Origin: an uncultured Nitrososphaerota archaeon | GTDB lineage: Archaea; Thermoproteota; Nitrososphaeria; Nitrososphaerales; Nitrosopumilaceae | Assembly: GCA_963824385.1 (NCBI GenBank) | Contig: CAWGPD010000004.1 | Coordinates: forward strand, 160,001 to 224,000 | Direction of reading: 5' to 3' | DNA: 64,000 nucleotides | In this document: positions 19,878 through 30,894 of the stretch, piece after piece | Layout: every line of letters starts with the position of its first letter | How positions within the stretch are numbered: position 1 is the first letter of the stretch | Made by a program: the position numbers and the translations under genes | Notes under the pieces: generated by a model | What the model was told of the DNA's origin: nothing | The model's database searches: none | What the model saw: the letters and a program-made list of their open reading frames with translations, nothing else

Positions 19878-20939
19878 TTATGGATTTACTGGCAAAATGA
19901 CTGTAAAAGTGGTAGGATTATTTCTCACACATATTGTGCCATTGTGTCGCTCAACTATCGTCTTACAGCTTACAAGACCCAATCCAGTACCTACCTGTTT
20001 TGTTGTAAAAAATGGTTCAAATATTTGAGGCATTATTTTTTCCGATATGCCAGGCCCAGAATCTACAAAATCAATCACAATTTGATCTGCATCTACTTTC
20101 CAATCAATGGTAATAGTTCCTTGGTTTTCACCTATAGATTGTATTGAGTTTAATAATAAATTTCCACAAACTGCGCTCAATTGATTCTTATCACATATCA
20201 CAGCCATATCGTCGTCTTGTGCAAAATTGACTAAAATATTGTTTGGAATAAGAACAGTTTCAATAGACGATAAAATTAAATCAGTAATAGAACATTCCAA
20301 CAAATTTAATGGTCTATTACTTACATAATCCATGACATCTTCTATCTGATGTCTCATTCTTTCGGATGATTTTAAAATCGCTGTAACACGTTTTGACATA
20401 TTTACATTTGGATTATTGTCTAATTGAAGTTCCAATAATTTTGCAGAATTTATAATTACATTTAATGGGTTACGAATATCATGTGCAATTCTTGCAGTCA
20501 TATCACCAATTATTAGCAACTTTTGATCTTTTTCTTTTCTTAATTCATCTTCCAATCTATGTATATCACTAAGATCTTTTCCCGTTACTAGATATCCTTC
20601 CAGATTTCCGGATTCATCAGTTAATTTGGCACCACTCCATATAGAAGAAAAGGTAGAGCCATCTTTTCTCATCACCTCAAGCTGAACATTTAGGTTAATG
20701 CCATCAGTCACTACCTTCCTAAAAGCAGATATTGCTTTTTGTCTATCTTTTGGAGACACCATATCTACAGGCCCAATCTTTCCTAGCGCTTCAATTTTTT
20801 CATATCCCAAGTTTTTTGTAAAATGATGATTACAGTCAAGAATTTTTCCATTTTCATCCATTATAACTAGAATATCAGGCGTGGTTTCAAAAAAAATTTT
20901 TAGAACATGTTCATTACGCATTAATCTCTCTGAAATCAT
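19878..20939 (-). CDS. Cytoplasmic PAS-domain sensor histidine kinase
   Basis: PAS domain; H-box AHDIRNPL; N-box NLLLNS; DSGPGI; FEPFFTTK; GTGLGL. Confidence 0.93.
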   Translation of the reverse strand: MISERLMRNEHVLKIFFETTPDILVIMDENGKILDCNHHFTKNLGYEKIEALGKIGPVDMVSPKDRQKAISAFRKVVTDGINLNVQLEVMRKDGSTFSSIWSGAKLTDESGNLEGYLVTGKDLSDIHRLEDELRKEKDQKLLIIGDMTARIAHDIRNPLNVIINSAKLLELQLDNNPNVNMSKRVTAILKSSERMRHQIEDVMDYVSNRPLNLLECSITDLILSSIETVLIPNNILVNFAQDDDMAVICDKNQLSAVCGNLLLNSIQSIGENQGTITIDWKVDADQIVIDFVDSGPGISEKIMPQIFEPFFTTKQVGTGLGLVSCKTIVERHNGTICVRNNPTTFTVILPVNP

Positions 20940-21134
20940 AATATCACAGGTATGTGCAAATTATGATTATTGCATATTTATGCACGTATTCATGTGCGAC
21001 ATACAAACAAGTATTTTAATATAAAATAAATCTCAAATCACACCTGTGTTGACAACAATTTTGTCAGTGCATTCTATGGCATCATCTAAAACAGTTTCCA
21101 TAGCATTAAATTGCAATATTTTCAACTGTATCAT

Positions 21135-21461
21135 ATGTCAGAATTGATCCACTATCAAATTCAACAGCTAGTAGATAACGGTCAGACTGTACAACTATCC
21201 CTAGTAGAAGATGTCCAGACAGAACCAGTTTCACAAAAACAACTCATGCTTGATGCAATAAACCAAAAGCTAGACCCAGAACTTAGAGACCAGATTGCCC
21301 CGTTTATTGAGGCTATACTTCAAGCCCAGCCAACCATAGCAATCAAAAGTTATGCACAAACATCCATTACAATTACAATGCCAAAGCGGAGATACGAGAG
21401 AATGGGTAGCCCATCTGTTGGTCAGAGACTAGAAATCAATATAAAAAAGAATCTAGACTAG
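21135..21461 (+). CDS. Hypothetical protein, possibly arcadin-1-like
   Basis: Beta-helix-beta layout ending ITITMPKRRYERMGSPSVGQRLEINI. Confidence 0.65.
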   Translation: MSELIHYQIQQLVDNGQTVQLSLVEDVQTEPVSQKQLMLDAINQKLDPELRDQIAPFIEAILQAQPTIAIKSYAQTSITITMPKRRYERMGSPSVGQRLEINIKKNLD

Positions 21462-23484
21462 TTTTTTTATATCAGACATAGTTTCAAGTGGAAGAGAGCA
21501 AGTAAAGTCTCTGCAAACATAGACCCGAGTTTTGTTTACATCATATTCTTTTCCTGCAAAAAATTGTAATTGATTTAGATTGTCAAGTTCCTCCTTTGTT
21601 GAAATCAAAACAAGAATTGCTTCAGGAATGAATTTTTTTGTCAGATAATTTTTAATTTCGGCATTTGATGAATTTATCACCGTAATCTCTAGCGGTTTTA
21701 TCAGATATGAATATACCACATTTAACAATTGTCCAAAACCAAAAGGATTTTCTGCAGCCAACATGCCAAGTGACTCCATTACTTTGATTGCAGTATCAAG
21801 ATATTTTTTCTCACCAGTGATATGATATAGTCTTAGCATTACGGCAGCAGCCACAGAATTTCCAGAAGGTAGTGACAGGTCATAGATATTCTTTGTTCTT
21901 ATGATCAATTTCTCATGATTGTCAGCAGTAAAGAAAAAGTTTTTATGATTTTCATCCCAGAAATGGTCTAGTAAATAATTTGCATAATATACTGCAAGGT
22001 CAAGATACTTTTTCGAAGGCTTAGTTTCAAAGTAATCAAGTAGTGCACTTGCAAAGTATGCATAATCATCCAAGTATGCCATCAATTTTGACTGTCCATC
22101 CTTGTACGTGTGAAGCAGTTGTCCATCTTTTGTCAATTTACACTCAATGAATTTGATGCAGTTCTCAGCAGATTTTAGAAAATCATGTTCCTCAGTTACA
22201 CGATATCCCTTGATAAATGCAGAGATCATAAGCGAGTTCCAGCTTGTCATTATTTTATCATCTCTTCCAGGAGCAACTCGTTTTGCTCTTGTGGCATAGA
22301 GTTTTTCCTTTCCTTGTTTTAATATTTGACTAACCTCGGATTCAGACTTGCCAAAATGAAATGCCACTGATGACAAGTGCATACTATTGTACAGTATAGT
22401 ATGGCCCTCAAAATTACCACCGTCTGTTACATCATAGTATAAACAAAACACATCAGAGTCTTGTCCCAAAATTTCTTGAATTTCTTTTTTCTTCCAGACA
22501 TAGAATTTTCCTTCCTCTCCCTCAGAATCTGCATCATATGCAGAATAAAATCCTCCTTCTGAGGATGTCATCTCTCGCATGACAAATCGTAGTGTATCCT
22601 GAACGACCTCAAGATATCGAGGCTCTTTTGAAATCTGGTATGCTTCGGCATATACTGGAGGAAGTAATGCGTTATCATATAGCATCTTTTCAAAGTGTGG
22701 AACAAGCCATCTTGAATCAGTAGAATATCTATGAAAACCCCCACCCAATCTGATCATACATTCCACCGTTTGCCATTTTCGTCAGTGTCTTGAATACAAA
22801 TTCTTGGAATTTTGAAATCCCAGACAATTTAGAATAACGTAGCATAAAAGAGAGATTAGATGCATTTGGAAATTTAGGAGCTTGCCCAAATCCCCCATTT
22901 GTCATATCGACAAGTGATAACAAATTGACAGCGGCTTCATCAAGGATAGATTTTTCAAGCTTTGAATCATGTACGGCAGATTCAGTTCTTTGTAAACCAC
23001 TGACAAAATTTTCTGCTGCCTGTTGTATATCATGAGGCTTTTCTTTCCAGGCTTGTGCAAGTTGCCTAACTAGACTTCCAAATCCAGGTCTTCCGTAATT
23101 GTCAAGTGGCGGAAAGTATGTACCAACATAGAATGGTCTTTGATCAGGGGTCAAAAATACACTAAGGGGCCATCCGCCACTTCCAGTATTTAGTTGACAG
23201 ACTTTTTGATAAATATCATCAATGTCAGGTCTTTCTTCCCTATCCACTTTGATATTTACGAAATATTCATTCATGATTTTTGCAGTCTCTTCATTTTCAA
23301 ATGATTCATGGGCCATAACATGACACCAGTGACATGCGCTATATCCAACACTAAGAAAAATGGGTTTGTTTTCTTGCTTTGCCTTGTTTAATGCCTCTTC
23401 TCCCCATCCATACCAATCAACTGGATTGTGGGCGTGTTGTAAAAGATATGGGCTGGTTTCTTTTATCAGATTATTAGATGACAT
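21453..23484 (-). CDS. YyaL/SSP411-like thioredoxin + (alpha/alpha)6 domain protein; frameshift near 22740
   Basis: [31 protein letters not shown]...[11 protein letters not shown] across two overlapping ORFs. Confidence 0.92.
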
Positions 23485-23681
23485 ACATAATACAAGAAAA
23501 TTACGGTATTTGTATTGATCTCCTTAACAGAAAGAGATACTGTTGTCACTTTAACTCAAGGCGATAGTAGTGAAATGGGGAATAGATTTTTTATCATATC
23601 AGTACCAGCACTGTGACATATCTGGAGTCGTGCAAGCTTAGGACTAGATCAAATTAAATAAAACTAGAAAAGGATTCAGTT

Positions 23682-23834
23682 ATGAATTGTAAGAGATGTC
23701 ATCATACAAGCGATGCCCACGTACCATCCCAAGAAAGTACTTCTCTTACAAAAATTGGAATGTGTCTTGTCAAGACTTGTTTATGCAAACAATTTGTAGA
23801 ACCTATAGAAGATATTGATGACGAGTTAGTCTGA
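23682..23834 (+). CDS. 50-aa Cys/His microprotein
   Basis: Manual translation MNCKRCHHTSDAHVPSQESTSLTKIGMCLVKTCLCKQFVEPIEDIDDELV. Confidence 0.7.
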   Translation: MNCKRCHHTSDAHVPSQESTSLTKIGMCLVKTCLCKQFVEPIEDIDDELV

Positions 23835-23977
23835 GTTGTTTATGACCTTGGACTCCAACTTTTTCTGAAAGTGACAAGGTTTTGTATGAGTGGAAGATAT
23901 GGCATTGGAAGTAGTGGCATTAGATAAATGAGATAAAGTTACATTTGCATTTGCATTAATTGCCTAGACTTGCCACA

Positions 23978-24691
23978 TTAGATGCCAATTTGTTTACCAG
24001 ACAGTGTTGCGTTTGAAACATGAGTAACGTAGATGCAGTACTGGAACTGAAACTTGAGTAGAATTATTGCAACAACTTTGGTCGAATTAGTTGTTACAAT
24101 ATTCGGAGTATTAGATGATATATTAGTAGCATTGGTGGATGCGACATTTTTGCTAGGAGAAGCTGCTGATGTGGTTTGGTTTGTTGAAGTAGAGGCAGTT
24201 TGGTTTGTCGAAGCAGCCGCTGCTTGAGCTGCGGCTTGGGCCTGTACTTGTTGCAGATGTGCTGCCTGGGCTTGGATTATCGTACTATTTGTAATATACA
24301 CCAGTTGTTTATTTGCCGAAAGAGTTTGATTAAAGATAATCACCATACCAGTTGTAGTCGGGTTTTGTTGCGCATCTTGAATCTGCTTTTGTTGTGCATC
24401 TTCCAAAGTAGATGCAGAATCTAGTAGTTTCAATTTTGCGCCAACGGGTTGTGCAGTATCATATAAAACAATATTATATCCATGCTGTGGAGTCATTGAA
24501 ACAAGTTCTTGATTGCCCATAATATCACTTGAGAAATGATAGTCGCTACCTATTGCCATGACAAGTAATCCTATGAGAACTAGAGATACAGAGATTACAA
24601 TTAGCGAATAACCAACCTTTCTGTAATTATGAGGATTCTTGTCTTTTAGAACAGGTTTTGGGGCATCAGATGGCTCGCTAGGTGCGGACAT
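23978..24691 (-). CDS. Membrane-anchored protein with A/Q- and S/T/N-rich tail; true 3' end probably nearer 23840
   Basis: One TM helix; the low-complexity tail continues in another frame as NVTLSHLSNATTSNAISSTHTKTLSLSEKVGVQG. Confidence 0.65.
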   Translation of the reverse strand: MSAPSEPSDAPKPVLKDKNPHNYRKVGYSLIVISVSLVLIGLLVMAIGSDYHFSSDIMGNQELVSMTPQHGYNIVLYDTAQPVGAKLKLLDSASTLEDAQQKQIQDAQQNPTTTGMVIIFNQTLSANKQLVYITNSTIIQAQAAHLQQVQAQAAAQAAAASTNQTASTSTNQTTSAASPSKNVASTNATNISSNTPNIVTTNSTKVVAIILLKFQFQYCIYVTHVSNATLSGKQIGI

Positions 24692-24769
24692 TCGATTCCC
24701 AACACTGGGTAGTGGAATTTAATCTTTTATTGTCGTCATATAACATGCAAATCAAAGGTAAGTTACAGC

Positions 24770-25003
24770 CTATTTCTTGCCTTGTTCCATTTTGAAGAAC
24801 TGGACTGTCAATAGATCTAGGGCTTTTTTGAGATGCTCAAATTCATCAGCAAAATGTTTTTGATTTTCTGCAAGCACCTTTAGTACACCCATTAGTGATT
24901 TTTTCTCACGGTCAGTGGTTGACGCCTCTAGTGCACCTATTCTTGATATTATTACGTCAAGTTCTTTTTTGAGTTCGGCACCGTGTGATTTGGTCTTATC
25001 CAT
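24770..25003 (-). CDS. Small coiled-coil protein
   Basis: Heptad-like pattern from MDKTKSH. Confidence 0.7.
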   Translation of the reverse strand: MDKTKSHGAELKKELDVIISRIGALEASTTDREKKSLMGVLKVLAENQKHFADEFEHLKKALDLLTVQFFKMEQGKK

Positions 25004-25068
25004 ATGATTGATTTTATTTGGCATAATATATGAACATATTAAAATCAAGGCATTATACAAAACATGTC

Positions 25069-25524
25069 ATGATTGATGAAAAACTTGCATTACTAAACAT
25101 TACACTTCCTACCCCACCAAAACCTGCAGGCTCTTACATTCCAGTTGTAAAGACAGGCAACTTGATCTTTGTATCAGGACAGATTCCCATGAAAGATGGA
25201 CAGGTACAATTCAAGGGACAAGTTCCTACAACAATCTCAATTGAAGATGCACAAAAGGCGGCAAAATTATGCACAATCAATGTCTTGGCGCAGCTAAAAG
25301 CAGAACTTGGAACACTGGATAGAATATCAAGAATAGTTAGAGTTTCAGGTTTTGTTAGTAGTTCTCAAGAATTTTTTGAGCAGCCAAAGATAATCAATGC
25401 CGCATCTGATCTTCTCTTTGAAATATTTGGAGATAAAGGAAAACATGCAAGAGTTGCAGTAGGAGTTGCAAGTCTGCCGCTAAACTCGGCAGTTGAAATT
25501 GATTTAATTGCGGAAATTATTTGA
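25069..25524 (+). CDS. RidA/YjgF family protein
   Basis: GSYIP, IFVSGQIP, INAASDL, HARVAVGVASLP. Confidence 0.92.
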   Translation: MIDEKLALLNITLPTPPKPAGSYIPVVKTGNLIFVSGQIPMKDGQVQFKGQVPTTISIEDAQKAAKLCTINVLAQLKAELGTLDRISRIVRVSGFVSSSQEFFEQPKIINAASDLLFEIFGDKGKHARVAVGVASLPLNSAVEIDLIAEII

Positions 25525-26498
25525 GTTTGGCATTAAACTTTTTAAGAAATAGACCAATTTTTTCTTTTGGAATAACTGCACCACATGCCTTGTCATGTCC
25601 TCCACCAGATCCTCCAAGTTCTGTTGCCAATTGATTTACTATTCTTCCAAGATGAATCTTGCATGTTCGTGAGCCTCTAACCGAGACTGCATAGATTCCC
25701 GGTTCTTCTCTTAATTTGTAGGCCACTCCAACTTCTTTTCCGGATAATCCCAAAACAAAATTTACGGCCATGCTTGCACCAGAGTCTTTGACCTCCATGT
25801 ATGATAGATTTTTCATCTTTTTCATGTTGTCCTTGACTTTTTGTATAACACCAGAGATTCTCTCAGCTTGGGTACTTACAAACTCAAACACATTAGGAAT
25901 TGCGTGAGGATATTTTGATTCGCTCAATTCATCAACAAGATATAGCAAGTATTCAGGATCTTTTTGATGACTTGTAATTGTAAATGTCAAAGTGGTTGCC
26001 TCTAGCAATACAAACTGTCTGTCAAATCTTTGTAGTTGTGCAGAACCAATGGGTCTGTCTTCCATATAGTCTGTAACTGCAGCACATGCAGCTGAGAAAT
26101 GAACCATAATCTCCTAGTTTTGATTTAAATGCATTATACACTTGAACGGTAGTGCATTCATTAATTGTATGAATTAGTTTTACCTTCATTGCCTTGATCT
26201 TCTTTTTGATTGACTCTTCAATGTCATGATGATCAATGTATGTAATTGCCACCTTGTTCTTTTTCAATGCCTTGAGCAATTCAATAAATTGATCCTGATT
26301 TGATTTGCTCAATCCAAGGTCACAGATATACAAGTTCTTTAGTTTTTCATCATTTTTTAGCGACTCAAGTTCATTCATCAATCCAGGATAATCAACAAGT
26401 TTTGTCTCGCCTCCAAACGCTTTACGAATTAAGGATGCAGCACCAATGCCATCGGCATCTTCTTTATGAGAAACACAAACAGTTCTTGTTCTTACCAT
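25517..26498 (-). CDS. DHH/DHHA1 family phosphoesterase; frameshift near 26095
   Basis: H-x-EDADG, ICDLG, YIDHH; C-terminal SVRGS and GGGH-x-x-ACG. Confidence 0.88.
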
Positions 26499-26532
26499 GG
26501 ATTATTGACGGGATAGTACTCCCCCATTTAAA

Positions 26533-26772
26533 CTAAAAAACAGGCTTTGTTTTCTTTAGACTCATGTATGTCTTAAATTCTGCAACTAGTGTCTGATGAC
26601 CTTTTACATCTTGCAATACTACGCAATACATGTCATAAAATGAAATTCCAAGAAGTTGAGACTCTCTGTCAAGTTCAGCAATCTCTTCCAATACTCGTGG
26701 GTCTTTGGTTTCCACTACAAAATTATCCACTAGACGGATAAATTCATCATCCCATTGGCTCATTTCTACCAA
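26533..26772 (-). CDS. Small helical hypothetical protein
   Basis: DP...LD-x-E-x-Q-x-x-GISFYDM; similar to 28118-28324. Confidence 0.75.
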   Translation of the reverse strand: MVEMSQWDDEFIRLVDNFVVETKDPRVLEEIAELDRESQLLGISFYDMYCVVLQDVKGHQTLVAEFKTYMSLKKTKPVF

Positions 26773-26874
26773 TTTATGATAAATTTTGCTATAATTACCA
26801 AGGTTACAAGATTAGACCTAGTGCTTAATTTTTTACTCTCAAAATTAGTAATAATTTAATACACATTTTCTCCA

Positions 26875-28062
26875 TTGTTAGCCGTGCAAACAAAGAATAT
26901 TGGTCTTCGAAATATTGAGGTTGCAGATACCAAGATTTCTGCAATAGACGGCATTAATGGTAAGCTCATCTATAGAGGATACGACATTTTAGACCTTGTA
27001 AAAAAATCATCATTTGAAGAGACAGCATGTCTTCTCCTCAACGAGGATTTGCCAACACAGGAGATGCTTTCTTCATTCTCAGAGATGCTTGTTACAACTC
27101 GTGAAATTCCAGACAATTTAGAAAAAACTCTAAGAAACATACCAAAAATTGCAAACCCCATGGATGTGTTACAATCAACAGTCTCGCTCATGGCAGTATA
27201 TGATAAAGAAAAAGTTGATGACAGAGATACAAATTACAAGAGAGCAATCAATCTAATTTCTAAAATTCCAATAATCATAGCATGCTGGGATAGAATAAGA
27301 AATGACAAGGAGATAATCCAGCCATCAAAAAAGCTAAATCATGCGGCAAATTTTCTACATATGCTAACAGGAAAAGAGCCAGATACAGAGGTTGCAAGAA
27401 TTTTTGATATTTGCCTCATATTACATGCAGAGCATAGCTTTAACGCATCAACTTTTGCAGCAAGAGAAGTAGCATCAACACGTGCAAACATGTATGCTGC
27501 AGTCAGTGCTGCAGTAGGTGCACTCAGTGGCGAGCTTCATGGAGGTGCAAACTTTCAGGTAATGAAGATGTTGTTAGAGATCGGTGCAGAAGATAAGGTC
27601 GAACAATGGATCGTAAACAAACTTGAAAAAGGTCAAAAGATAATGGGCATGGGTCATGCAGTATACAAGACATTTGATCCAAGAGCAGAAGTCTTACGCG
27701 AATTATCAAGAAGACTTGCTGAAAAAACAGGTCAGCCATGGTATGGCATAACAAAAAAGGTTGAAGATGTAACAGAAGAAGAGATGAAAAAACTCAAAAG
27801 CTCTGACATATTTCCAAATGTTGATCTGTATAGTGCATCATTGTACTATATGCTTGGCATTCCGATGGATCTTAACACTCCAATTTTTGCAATATCCAGA
27901 GTTTCAGGGTGGACTGCACATATTATAGAAGAAAAATTTGCAGAGGCCGCACCAAAACCAATGCTATACAGACCAAAAGCAGTCTATGTTGGAAAATATT
28001 GTGGGCCTTCAGGATGCGAATACGTTTCAATTGAAAAGCGTCTAGCGTCTACCGATACATGA
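26875..28062 (+). CDS. gltA: Citrate synthase
   Basis: GKLIYRGY, HAEHSFNASTF, LHGGAN, GMGHAVYK, DPRA, PNVD, SRVSGW. Confidence 0.96.
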   Translation: MLAVQTKNIGLRNIEVADTKISAIDGINGKLIYRGYDILDLVKKSSFEETACLLLNEDLPTQEMLSSFSEMLVTTREIPDNLEKTLRNIPKIANPMDVLQSTVSLMAVYDKEKVDDRDTNYKRAINLISKIPIIIACWDRIRNDKEIIQPSKKLNHAANFLHMLTGKEPDTEVARIFDICLILHAEHSFNASTFAAREVASTRANMYAAVSAAVGALSGELHGGANFQVMKMLLEIGAEDKVEQWIVNKLEKGQKIMGMGHAVYKTFDPRAEVLRELSRRLAEKTGQPWYGITKKVEDVTEEEMKKLKSSDIFPNVDLYSASLYYMLGIPMDLNTPIFAISRVSGWTAHIIEEKFAEAAPKPMLYRPKAVYVGKYCGPSGCEYVSIEKRLASTDT

Positions 28063-28117
28063 TTTTATTAAAAAATTTTGATCAGTAGACAAGAATAAAA
28101 CAAAAACTAAGTGCAAT

Positions 28118-28324
28118 TTAATTTCTATTTGCAAGCCAGTCTTTTGCTTTAGAATCAACATCATGTCTGTGCAGTACGTGAAATACCATCTCGTAAAATG
28201 TTATACCTCGCTTTTGTGCTTCGCCATCAATCCACTTTAGTCCTTCAGCAAGCTCGGGATCATATTTTGAAAAATCTACAAGTTCGTCAACCATATTTGT
28301 AAAGAACGAATTTGCTTCTAACAC
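28118..28324 (-). CDS. Small helical hypothetical protein
   Basis: DPEL...ID-x-EAQ-x-x-GITFYEM; similar to 26533-26772. Confidence 0.75.
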   Translation of the reverse strand: MLEANSFFTNMVDELVDFSKYDPELAEGLKWIDGEAQKRGITFYEMVFHVLHRHDVDSKAKDWLANRN

Positions 28325-28397
28325 GATAACAGGTTTTTATTTTTCTTATTCAGTAATATACAGAAAATATATTGACATATTTGGTAAATATGTTGAC

Positions 28398-28789
28398 ATG
28401 GAACACACCTACTATTTTGATGGTGATCAAAAAAGATCTCGTGGATAATTGAAAATTCTCAGACAAGATCTGAAGAAAGCAGAATACACGCAGAATATTT
28501 TTACAACCAAGTTACAATCGAACAATCAAAATACATTGCATTACATGTTGGAATTTTTTGGGGCATTGGAAGATTCATAATAAAAAATAAGGACACGGTT
28601 AAAGTCATGCTGGATCTAAATACAATGTTTGATCGTCTAGTAGAAAACAAGTCAACTAATGATATTTTTGTTGAAAGAAGGATTCGATTCATTGATCAAA
28701 TTATTCAACAACGAGATCTTGATATCAAATATCAGATAATAGATCCGGTCAAAAATAAAGCAAGCAAGTTATTATTGCCTAAGAACTAG
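28398..28789 (+). CDS. Hypothetical protein with possible RNase H-like fold; frameshift at the A-run near 28430
   Basis: MEHTYYFDGD joins ISWII...EQSKYIALHVGIFWGIG...VMLD...NKASKLL. Confidence 0.55.
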
Positions 28790-30052
28790 ACCTATATCCA
28801 TCAAGTTTGTTCCTGTAGGACCTGTAAATACTAGTCCACCATATCTTTTATAAAAATTATAAGAGTTATTTTTATCAAGGTATGATAACATCTTGCCTAT
28901 CTTTTGATCTGATTTCCAAATTGCACCTGCACAATTTGTTTTTCCATCCACACCGTCGGTTCCAACTGACGCAACAATTGCTTTTGTGCCCTGTTTTGTA
29001 AGTTCAATTGCAGTGTATAACACTAATTCTTGATTTCTTCCACCATCTCCTTTTCCGTTTACAACAACAGTGGTCTCACCACCAAAGATTACACAGTTTA
29101 TTTTTTTATCTGACATTGTTTTTGCAATCTTTATTCCAACATCTTTAACATCTCCAGACATACAGGAAAGAACTTTAGTTGAAAACCCAAGTTTTTTTGC
29201 ATGCATATTCATTGCATCAAGGCAAACTTTGTTGGTCGAAACTATATAGTTCTTAATTTTTTGTCTCTTAGGAGTCTCTGGAATTTTCCCTTGCATCCCA
29301 AGAACTATGTGTCTAAGTACACTTTTTGGAACTGATTTTTCCAAGTTGTATTTTTTCAGAATTTTTTTAGCATCTGAAAAAGTAGTTTTATCATAATATG
29401 TAATTCCTGATGCAACGCTTGTCAGATCGTCACCCACTACATCAGACATTACAAGAGATATGGCATCGGATCTCAGATGTTCAAGCAATCTACCACCCTT
29501 TATCTTTGAGAGGTGCTTTCTGATACAGTTTATTTCACGTATATTTGCACCACATTTCAGCATCAGTTCAGTTACGGTCTTTTTATCCTCCAGTGTAATA
29601 CCATCAGGTAGTGCAACCAGAGATGACGCACCTCCAGATATTAGAAAAATAACAAAATCATTTGGTTTTATGTGTTCTAGAAATGCGAGGATCTTTTTGG
29701 CTGCGATTATACTATTTTTGTTTGGCAATGGGTGACCTGCCCGTATTACCTTAAAGTTTCTAGTCAAGGAGGTCTTTGTTTTCTTTGGAACAATCAACAA
29801 TCCCCCTGTTATACTAGTAAGAGAATTAACAGATTCTGCCATAGAATATGCAGCCTTACCTATTGCAATGAGAATTACTTTATCATATTTTTTAAGATCA
29901 AATTTTTTTCCCGACATAAACAGATGGTCATGATGAATCATTCTACCAAGTTGTTTTCCAGGCAAGGCAGCCTCAAGACCTGCCTCAAGTATAGACAGTG
30001 AATTTTTTTGTGTAGAGGTGATAGAAAGTGATTTGAAATTTCTAATGAGCAT
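28772..30052 (-). CDS. Glycerate kinase (DUF4147/MOFRL family)
   Basis: IGKAA, GHPLP, LISGGASS, KIKGG, SDVVGDD, GGETTV, GGRNQE, GTDGVDG, TGTN. Confidence 0.93.
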   Translation of the reverse strand: MLIRNFKSLSITSTQKNSLSILEAGLEAALPGKQLGRMIHHDHLFMSGKKFDLKKYDKVILIAIGKAAYSMAESVNSLTSITGGLLIVPKKTKTSLTRNFKVIRAGHPLPNKNSIIAAKKILAFLEHIKPNDFVIFLISGGASSLVALPDGITLEDKKTVTELMLKCGANIREINCIRKHLSKIKGGRLLEHLRSDAISLVMSDVVGDDLTSVASGITYYDKTTFSDAKKILKKYNLEKSVPKSVLRHIVLGMQGKIPETPKRQKIKNYIVSTNKVCLDAMNMHAKKLGFSTKVLSCMSGDVKDVGIKIAKTMSDKKINCVIFGGETTVVVNGKGDGGRNQELVLYTAIELTKQGTKAIVASVGTDGVDGKTNCAGAIWKSDQKIGKMLSYLDKNNSYNFYKRYGGLVFTGPTGTNLMDIGLVLRQ

Positions 30053-30185
30053 TTATTGCAATCACATAATTAAGAAAATTTGCTCAATTTTGAGTCTTTT
30101 TATTACATCATACAAGAAACTGAATTTAAGCACTCTACCTTCATTACAATTTTTTTATATAGGATACAATCCAAGGGATATCAGG

Positions 30186-30761
30186 TTGATATCAAAAAGA
30201 TACTTGGTAATTTTAGCAGTTTTTACAATCCTAGTAACTCCGGCTTATGCAGATCCAATTGTTAAAACAACTAGTGCGGGAACAATCAATGTAGGGTTTA
30301 CAACAGATCCTGTGGCACCAAATCCAGGAGACCCAACCCAGATTAAGATCAGTTTCATAAACAAGCAAACTAACCAGATACAACCACACATAGATTACAA
30401 AATTTCTGTAATGCAGGGTGGAAATGCAGTATTTGGAATACCTATAACTCACACAGCAGAAGGCGCGGTTAGCATTCCATTCACATTTCAAACAGCTGGA
30501 ACTTACCAAGTCATTGTAGATGTAGAAGGAATACTCTTTCAGCCAATTCCTCCAGAAACAGCAACTTTTGATCTAAATGTAGGGTCTAGTTCTAGTACAA
30601 ATTCCACAGCCAGTTCTACAAATTCAACTATGAGCGATAACAACACAAATAATGCCATACCTGAATTCCCAGTAAGCTCACTAATGGTAATGGCAATCGT
30701 AGTTGGAGTGGCAATTCTATTTGTTAGAATGCATCCAAGCCTGACAAATATTAGACTATAA
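30186..30761 (+). CDS. Secreted beta-domain protein with PEF-CTERM-type anchor
   Basis: TTG start, signal peptide, HIDY...HTAEG domain, S/T linker, IPEFP + TM. Confidence 0.8.
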   Translation: MISKRYLVILAVFTILVTPAYADPIVKTTSAGTINVGFTTDPVAPNPGDPTQIKISFINKQTNQIQPHIDYKISVMQGGNAVFGIPITHTAEGAVSIPFTFQTAGTYQVIVDVEGILFQPIPPETATFDLNVGSSSSTNSTASSTNSTMSDNNTNNAIPEFPVSSLMVMAIVVGVAILFVRMHPSLTNIRL

Positions 30762-30894
30762 AAAATCAATTTAAGACTCGACATTAGCCCAAGTGATACA
30801 GTATCTACCAAACAGGGAAGTTGGTACCTATTAATACGAGTAAATATGGAAAGCAAGGCAATAGTATAATAATTGTTTCAAGTTTAATTTTTTC

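Noticed and set aside
20945..21005. Clustered TGCA half-sites upstream of the kinase gene
   Set aside because: Short and imperfect in AT-rich DNA; not distinguishable from chance
1..25000. Provirus or integrative element in the accessory region
   Set aside because: No integrase, transposase, capsid or terminase gene, tRNA target or att repeats recognised
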